Origin: Diplonema japonicum
Taxonomy: Eukaryota > Protista > Euglenozoa: Diplonemea
Direction of reading: 5' to 3'
Assembly (NCBI GenBank): GCA_964019335.1
Contig: OZ025746.1
Location: 62,001 to 126,000 of the forward strand
DNA: 64,000 nucleotides
The notes beneath the pieces are model-generated. The model saw only the letters and a program-made list of their open reading frames with translations, did no database searches and was not told where the DNA came from. Both the position numbers and the translations under genes were made by a program. This document shows positions 57,499 through 64,000 of this stretch, piece after piece; the stretch's first letter is position 1, and every line of letters begins with the position of its first letter.

Positions 57499-60400
57499 AA
57501 CAACAGGCTTCGGCATCGAAAACCCAAACCAAAAACGGTTGCACTTCAGATACTCAGTTGGTGCAAAAACAGTGTACTTGCCCTCCTGCGTCTTTTTGGT
57601 CGGACCCTCGCAGTGCTCTTCCGCAACGGCGATGCGAAGCTTAAACACAGCAGGCACCTCACCCTCGCTGCACCAACAGGGGAACACCGCCTTGGAACAA
57701 GACCCACTGTACCTGAATGACTCATACTCTGGTTCTGTTTTCTGGTAGTTCTCCGAGATCCCCTCACCAGGATGGCTCATGCTGCCGGTGTACTTGAAGA
57801 GAAGGGTAGCCTGCCCTGCCTCGAAGGGACAGTTGCGAGGAGCATGCACAGTTAAAATGTCGCCTGACCAGCTCAGCGTAGTGGGTGGGAACTTCTTGGA
57901 GCCCTGCATGACCTCCAAGGACATGTTGCTGAGACGCTTTGTCTTCAACATGAAATCCCATGTCCTGAAGCTCAAAACAAGCTTCATTTCACACTCAGCG
58001 GTGAAGGTCAGCGTCTCCGCGTCGGGCACAATGGTGAGACCGACGTCTAACGGGAGCATCATATCCTGCATGGGGTTCTTCCCACACCTGTCATCGTTCC
58101 CCCACGGATACCTCTCCTTCGAGAACGATGGTTTCGGCAACCCGTACTTCTCTTCAAGGATCTTTTCCATCTCTGTGAAGGCTCCCTCGACCCAGCCTTG
58201 TTCCGTGCTGTAGGACTCTCCCGCCACGAATACATCGTCCCAGCAATGAGGCTGTCTAATGTACGGCTGTTTGTCGGGGACAAGGAAACCAGACTTCCAT
58301 GCGTGGTACCCACCGCCGAACGGATCGGAACCCCAGTCCCTGTATGCTGCGGCATACGGCTGTCCGATCCTGGCGGCGACCTCAGGGGGATGCATGGTGC
58401 GGAGCTGCTCCAAAGCAACATCGACCATCCTCTGTGGTGGGATCGGGTACGCCGGCAACTGCAAGTGCGCGGCCTTCAGCCTCGGGTTCTTCATGATGTC
58501 GTCGTGGCAGCGGCACGTGAAGGACTGTTCACGCGCTTCGTCGCCTTCAAACCCCTTCCAGAAGGACACTGTGCGCATATCGTTGTAGGACGCAAGGAGC
58601 AACCCGTGGTTGTTCGTCTCATCGACACCGAAGTAATACGTCTGCCTCAGCGGTAGGGTCGTGATGGAGTGCGGGATTTGTGTGTCTAGTTCCTGACCGG
58701 GGCTCAACCACCAAGGCTTGTCGAATACCATAAGTAGTTTCAACGCCGGGGAAGGGATGACCGACTGCATGTCGACCCTCCAGCGTTCGTTGGCAGGGTT
58801 GTACCTCGTGAAGAACGGCATTTCTTGGTCGAGAAGCTCCAACGCACGGCGGGGCATCGCCAAGACAATACTCTTCGCACGGACCTTCGACATAGTTGGG
58901 TGCGCACCGTCAACCAAGAACTCCGGTGGTGTCTTGAAGAGAAGCTCGTAGACAGGGGCGTTCTGCTTCTCACACCAGACCTTTTCAAAGGACACCAAAG
59001 CGTTGCGTGTTGTGATGGTACCGCCGTACGACATGTACTTGTTGGCGGGGACCTTCAGAAGTGTCTCGAAACCTCCAGCGATCGTTTTGTACTTTGAGTC
59101 CGCACCGAAGTCCCCTAGGATGTAAGGGAACGCCTCGGCGGCGTTCCAGTTCAAGGTGTTGCTGTAGTAGCCGCCGGAGTCCGCACAGTAGTTGAAGGTC
59201 TCTTGGTCGGTCATCTCGAGGAGGAGGTTCCAGAACCCGATGTCGTACAAAAACTGGCCTTCATAGGGCGAGTTTGGGAAGTTGTAGGTCACCGTGCGCT
59301 TGATGTCGTCCCATACTTCACTCCGCTGCTCCGTGCTCAGCTTTGCATTGTCCATGTCCTCAAGGCTCGTGATGGTGACGGAGCTCTGACCATTGACCGG
59401 TGGATTAAGTTCTAATGTGTACTCGTACCCGAACTCTGCCAGGATCTTGTCCATCAGGTCCGTCAAGATGGTCTCCTGTGTCACCTCGATCTTTTTGCCG
59501 TGTTCGGGGAAGTACCTCAGCTTGTCCTGCAAACTCGGGCTTGCGGGTTTGTCGTCGACCTTCAGCTCGTCCCCGTAGAACCTGCCGCCGCGTAGGTAGA
59601 ACATCGTTTCCTTGCTGCCCCCCATGGGGAAGTCGATGGGCTGCAAGTCCCCCTCTTCCTTGAACTTCTTGATGTACCCGTCCACCAGTTTCTGCTGTGA
59701 CATGTAACGCATCCCGCCGAGCTCTGCTGCGACATTGATGTTTGGCATGTCGATGGACCACAGCCTTCCCCCGACACGGTCTGACATCTCGAAGATGGCG
59801 GTCTTGGCAAAAGGGAGCTTCCCGGTCTCTGTTCCATTATGCTCCTCCGGAACCTGCATACGCATGCCTGCATACAGACCAGCAGCACCGCCGCCAATGA
59901 TTGCAACATCCAATTCCTCGTCGTTTTTGATTGCTGTCTTGTGGTTCTTGTGTGACTCGAAGGTGTAGTTCCAGCTCACCTTGAAGTGGTCGTTCAACAA
60001 GCGGTGTTCCAAGGTGCCCCCTCTGTTCTCCTTACAGGTCGAGTCGTACTCGTTGAGCTCGTCGTACGGCTGGTTCTGCAGCAACTTGTTGATCCAGATC
60101 CCGAGGGTCGGGACGAACTTCCCAGCCCACCCCGCCGTGTACAGCACAATGTCCTTGTGGTTCGGGATTGTTCCGGGAAGGGTGTCCAGGTACATCTCCT
60201 TCTTCGGGTCCAGAGGGAGTGCGATGATGCAGTACGTAGTTTCGGTCCTGTCGTCGGCATCGAGACCCGGCATGTGATCCCTCACCCAGTCCTCCGTGTA
60301 CTTTATGGTGACCGAACCGTCGCTCTCCCGCTCACTGGGGTCCGAGAGGGTGCGGTCCTGCCAGCCGGGACAGACACGGGCGTAGCCAGGCTTGTCCCAT

Positions 60401-61254
60401 GAAGCGGACTCGGTGAAGCCGTAGTAGACCTTCTGGTCCTCGGCGGTCGGGCTGTCGGGCTCATCGAAGACATACCACGTGTTGGTGGGGACCTTCGACC
60501 TGTCCTTGATCTTGAAGTAGGTCGAGGACATCTCCCAGGTTGTGATCGGGACCTGCAAACCCCAATCCGAAAGGATGGAGCGGTTCACGTATGCCCCACC
60601 GGCGATCACAAGCTTGTTCGCTTTGAAGCTCTGCACCGTCTTGTCGAGGAGGGACGCGTGAACATGGATCCCATCCTCCTCAGTCGATGTGAAGTTCGTC
60701 ACAGTGTGGTGGTCGCGAAGGCTCACGTTGGGGAAGGTCCCGAGCACCTTCACGAGAAGCTCTTGCACACCCTCCAGGTCGACAGAGCCGCCGTCCTTCT
60801 GCAAGAACCCGCTGTAAGATTCCGGGAGGTTCGCCATGTAAGGGAAGGCCTTTTCGATGGCCGAGCCGGTCTCGAGAGGGTCGAAGGGGAGCCCGGCTTC
60901 CGTCATGGCTTTCTCGGCGGCGGCCACACCTCCTTCCTCGGACACGACGGTGGAGTTTCCGAACCACAGGGAGCCCTCCTTGTAGAAGACAGGTGGGAGG
61001 CCGTGCTCTTCAGCCAGTTTGTTGAACTCCTGCCACTGAGCATCGGCGCACTGTGCCATGTTGATCATGTCGGTGTTCGTGTACTGAAGACGCATCTGCC
61101 TGCTCTGTCCTGCAGAAGATCCTTCCTGGTTCACGAACTTGTACTGCTCAAGCACCAGTACCTTGCGTTGCTTGCTCTCCTTCATCACCTCGTAAGCGGC
61201 AGAAAGCCCAATTGGACCCCCGCCCACGATCACAACGTCGTACTGCTCAGGCAT
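57493..61254 (-). CDS. Fusion protein: monomeric sarcosine oxidase-like domain, L-amino acid oxidase-like flavoprotein, peptidase M1 N-terminal-like domain
   Basis: Two GxGxxG FAD motifs: YDVVIVGGGPIGLSAA...GSSAGQSR and LDVAIIGGGAAGL...RVGGRL...ELGGMRY...GESYS..QGWVEGA. The C-terminal LTIVPD...KYTG...VFPCW...FKLRI region resembles the M1 aminopeptidase beta domain and lacks HEXXH. Confidence 0.85.
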
Positions 61255-61884
61255 GGTTGTTGTTGTTTTTATTTTGTTGAGAGTGTTGGTTTACCTTGTT
61301 GAGTGGATGGTAAGAATTGAAGCGAAAAAGTAAAACTTGAAGCTAAAAAGTAAAGCGAGGTAAAAAATAAAAGAAGAAAATTAGGATTGTGCCGATGCGA
61401 TGGGTGTGGTTTTGTTCTTTTTCTTTTGGTTTTCTTCTCTCTTGTGATCTTTTGTTGTTTCTTTTTCTATTGTCCCCCTTTTCTTTTTGGAAAAGTAGGA
61501 AATATAAGAAAAAGAAAAAGAATAGAGGAAATAATTAAAAAAAAAACCACAGCACATCATAGGGAAAGAAAAAGAAAGTAAAGACGTTGGAGGGTGTGTG
61601 TTAAAGAAAATAAAAGTAAAACAAAAAAAGAACAAGGGATATAAATGTCACAACACTCTGGACGCTCTTCAAAACGGAAGAGCAACGACGAAAGGTGCTG
61701 AAGAAAGGAGATTAAGAAAGAAAAGCAAACGCGGACAAAAAGAGGGAAGGATTTTGCGAGTGAAACATAAGGAGAAAAAAAAGGGGGGGGGGCTTGTGGT
61801 GTGTGTGCATCCTCTCTCTGTTGTTGTTGTTGTTGTTGTTGTCTCGGTTTTTCGAAAAAGAAAAAATTGGTCGTGGTGGTGTTC

Positions 61885-63540
61885 CTACTTGCGGGCAGCA
61901 TTCTTGCAGGCGTTCTTCACAACGCCCAGCATGAGGCCGAAGTTGGGTGTCCCGAGACCGGTGGCGGCGTCCCAGCCCTTGATGGCCTCCCAACCAGCGG
62001 CCCTGTTCTCCCCGATGGCGTTGGTGCCCTTCACGATGTCGGTGAACATCTTGGGGTTCTGGTAGAAGAGGGGGTTGGCGTAACCGAGGGTCTTCCCGCT
62101 CTCGGCGATGCAGGCCTCGTTCAGGAGGGTCACGAGACCGGCGAAGGAGGGGGAGCTGCAGGAGGTCCCGCCGACGGCGATGGCGCTGCCGCCCTCCACA
62201 ACGGTGAAGGACTCTCCGAGAGTCGACACGTCGGGGGAACCCCTCCCGGTGGCGTACTTCGCGTTCGGCTTCTTCACGTTGGAGAGGTAGCTCTGCACCT
62301 GCTGGGCCTGGAAGCTGGGGACCGGGAAGTCGTACGAGAAGCCACCGCCCGACCCGAACTGGGTGGTCGCCTGCTGCTCACCGGTGGTTCCCTCGAGCCA
62401 GTAGGTGGACCCCACAGCGATGCAGGTGGGGATGGAGGCGGGGAAGGAAGGGGAGAGCTTCCCACCGTTGCTGCCCTGCCTGGTCTCGCCACCACTGCCG
62501 TCGTCACCAGAGGAGATCATGACGGTGATCCCCATGGTCCCCATCTTCTGGATGTCGTCGGAGAGACGGGTCGTGATGGTCTTCGAGCAGTAGTCGATCT
62601 TCTGGCTCCCGTAGCTGATGCTGATGCTGTACGGGAAGGTCGACTCGCCGGTCACGTCCGACCCGAAGGTACCGAGGTCCGCGCAGAAGTCGAAGTTGGG
62701 GTAGGAGTACACCCAGGTCTCGGCGGTGTTGCTGAGGGACATGATGTACTCGGTGTCGAGCATGGACTCGATCCCAGGCTGCTGCTCGTTCTTCCCGATG
62801 TACTTGCTGATCTTGCAGTCGGAGCCCGCGTCGTACTTGGTGCAGAACTCCGCGAGGTCCTTGTCGTCCACGTACTGGCCCTGGAACTGGGCGATGGCTT
62901 GGATGTTCTGCTTCCCGGTCTTGGGGACGGCTGTCACGTTGTAGGTCTTCCTGAAGACAGCGGGGTCGACCTTGCCGGCCGCCTGGAGCTTCTCCTTCAG
63001 CTTCTTGTCGACGACGATCGGGTTCAGGGGGAAGCCGTGGAAGCCGGCGAAGGTGTCGATGGCAGCGGCCACCTCGGCAGCCACGCGGACACCGCTGGTG
63101 AGACGCCAGATCTTGGCACCGCTGGTGTGCTCGTAGGTCACGAACTCACCGTTCGCCATCTTCTGCAGCTGGGCAACAGTCGCCTCGGCGTGGATGTAGT
63201 CCCCGTGGGGGTGCACCCTCGTCACCTCCACACCGTTGGAGCTGAGCCACTCCTTCACGATCCTGGTGTGCTCCGCAGAGGGCCTCACGATGTCGCCGAT
63301 CTCCTCGTACGAGGGGTACTGCAGGTAGTTCTCGCTCTGAGGGTTCGACACCTCCTCGAAGATCCTGTCCAGGGCTGCCTTGTTCGACCTCTTCACCCCC
63401 ACCGTCACGGGGAACCTCCCCTCAGCACTCACCTTCTCAGAGGTCGCCCTCCACCCGTTCGGGATCATCGAAGGCTCGTGAACCTGCACAAGGGACCCGG
63501 CGGACGCTGCCACCAGGGCCATGAAGACGGCCGATTTCAT
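61885..63540 (-). CDS. TPP1: Sedolisin/tripeptidyl-peptidase I (S53)
   Basis: Signal peptide MKSAVFMALVAASAG; prodomain; ESMLD, SISYG, SSGDDG, GGTSCSSP and GWDAATGLGTP motifs. Confidence 0.93.
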   Translation of the reverse strand: MKSAVFMALVAASAGSLVQVHEPSMIPNGWRATSEKVSAEGRFPVTVGVKRSNKAALDRIFEEVSNPQSENYLQYPSYEEIGDIVRPSAEHTRIVKEWLSSNGVEVTRVHPHGDYIHAEATVAQLQKMANGEFVTYEHTSGAKIWRLTSGVRVAAEVAAAIDTFAGFHGFPLNPIVVDKKLKEKLQAAGKVDPAVFRKTYNVTAVPKTGKQNIQAIAQFQGQYVDDKDLAEFCTKYDAGSDCKISKYIGKNEQQPGIESMLDTEYIMSLSNTAETWVYSYPNFDFCADLGTFGSDVTGESTFPYSISISYGSQKIDYCSKTITTRLSDDIQKMGTMGITVMISSGDDGSGGETRQGSNGGKLSPSFPASIPTCIAVGSTYWLEGTTGEQQATTQFGSGGGFSYDFPVPSFQAQQVQSYLSNVKKPNAKYATGRGSPDVSTLGESFTVVEGGSAIAVGGTSCSSPSFAGLVTLLNEACIAESGKTLGYANPLFYQNPKMFTDIVKGTNAIGENRAAGWEAIKGWDAATGLGTPNFGLMLGVVKNACKNAARK

Positions 63541-64000
63541 TTTAGTTTTTTTTCTTTTCCTTTTGAAGATTGATCGATAAAGTAGTTGATTGGGGGGCTT
63601 AAAAAGAAAAACAAGGAAAAGTGACACGATTGGCTGGCTTTAAAAGCGCAAATCTTTCACCATGCCTACCTAAAAAGAGAAATTAAAAAGAAAACCACCC
63701 AAAGAAAAAAAGAAGAAAAAGGTTTTGAGAAGTGTGTTTCTGTGAGTTTTTTTCTGCCCCAAAAAAAACCCTCGTTGCGCAACTGCACTAAAAAAAAAAT
63801 AATTCTTTATGACTATATGTCTTTGTTGTTTGCGGGTTTTAAAAAGCTGCGAAAGTTTTTTGCTCGGCACAAGTTGCATATAGTTATAAAATCATTTTTT
63901 GAAAGATAAATATTTGTAACAAAAAAAAAAAAGGAAAAAAAAAAAGCAGGACTTTGAACAGAGAGCCTGCTGTACATGACAGGATCGACTAGAAAAAGGA

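Noticed and set aside
61801-63573. 590-aa plus-strand ORF
   Set aside because: Antisense shadow of TPP1, caused by high GC3.
1-64000. CRISPR array, rRNA, tRNA or SL RNA genes; prokaryotic defence island around the sacsin gene
   Set aside because: No repeat-spacer array or recognisable RNA gene motifs were seen; the context is eukaryotic with spliceosomal introns.

Overview
Eukaryotic genomic DNA, most likely a diplonemid (Euglenozoa); this is inferred from gene organisation and family content, and the species cannot be determined. About 22 protein genes lie head-to-tail on the minus strand, like a polycistronic unit, separated by short homopolymer-rich spacers. Genes, in window order: a giant C-type lectin/VWA/Cys-repeat protein (runs off the left edge and is missing from the ORF track), a SHIPPO-repeat protein, a degenerate membrane cyclase, betaine lipid synthase BTA1 in BtaA-BtaB order, a GH18 chitinase, FAAH, SART3, Bacteroidota-type purF, folP, TauE, sacsin-RING, an aldehyde oxidase/XDH-family protein, AP-3 sigma, COQ8, a multidomain sulfotransferase, a sarcosine oxidase + L-amino acid oxidase + peptidase M1 N-domain fusion, and TPP1, plus several hypothetical proteins. 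A decayed 1.6 kb TIR DNA transposon is the only plus-strand coding remnant. The most striking signal is the intron architecture: 21 hand-traced GT-AG introns of 35-75 nt, mostly with GTAT donors, of which about two thirds carry a poly(A) tract where the polypyrimidine tract should be. Poly(A) runs also abut many start and stop codons. All assignments come from motif recognition by eye; no searches were run.
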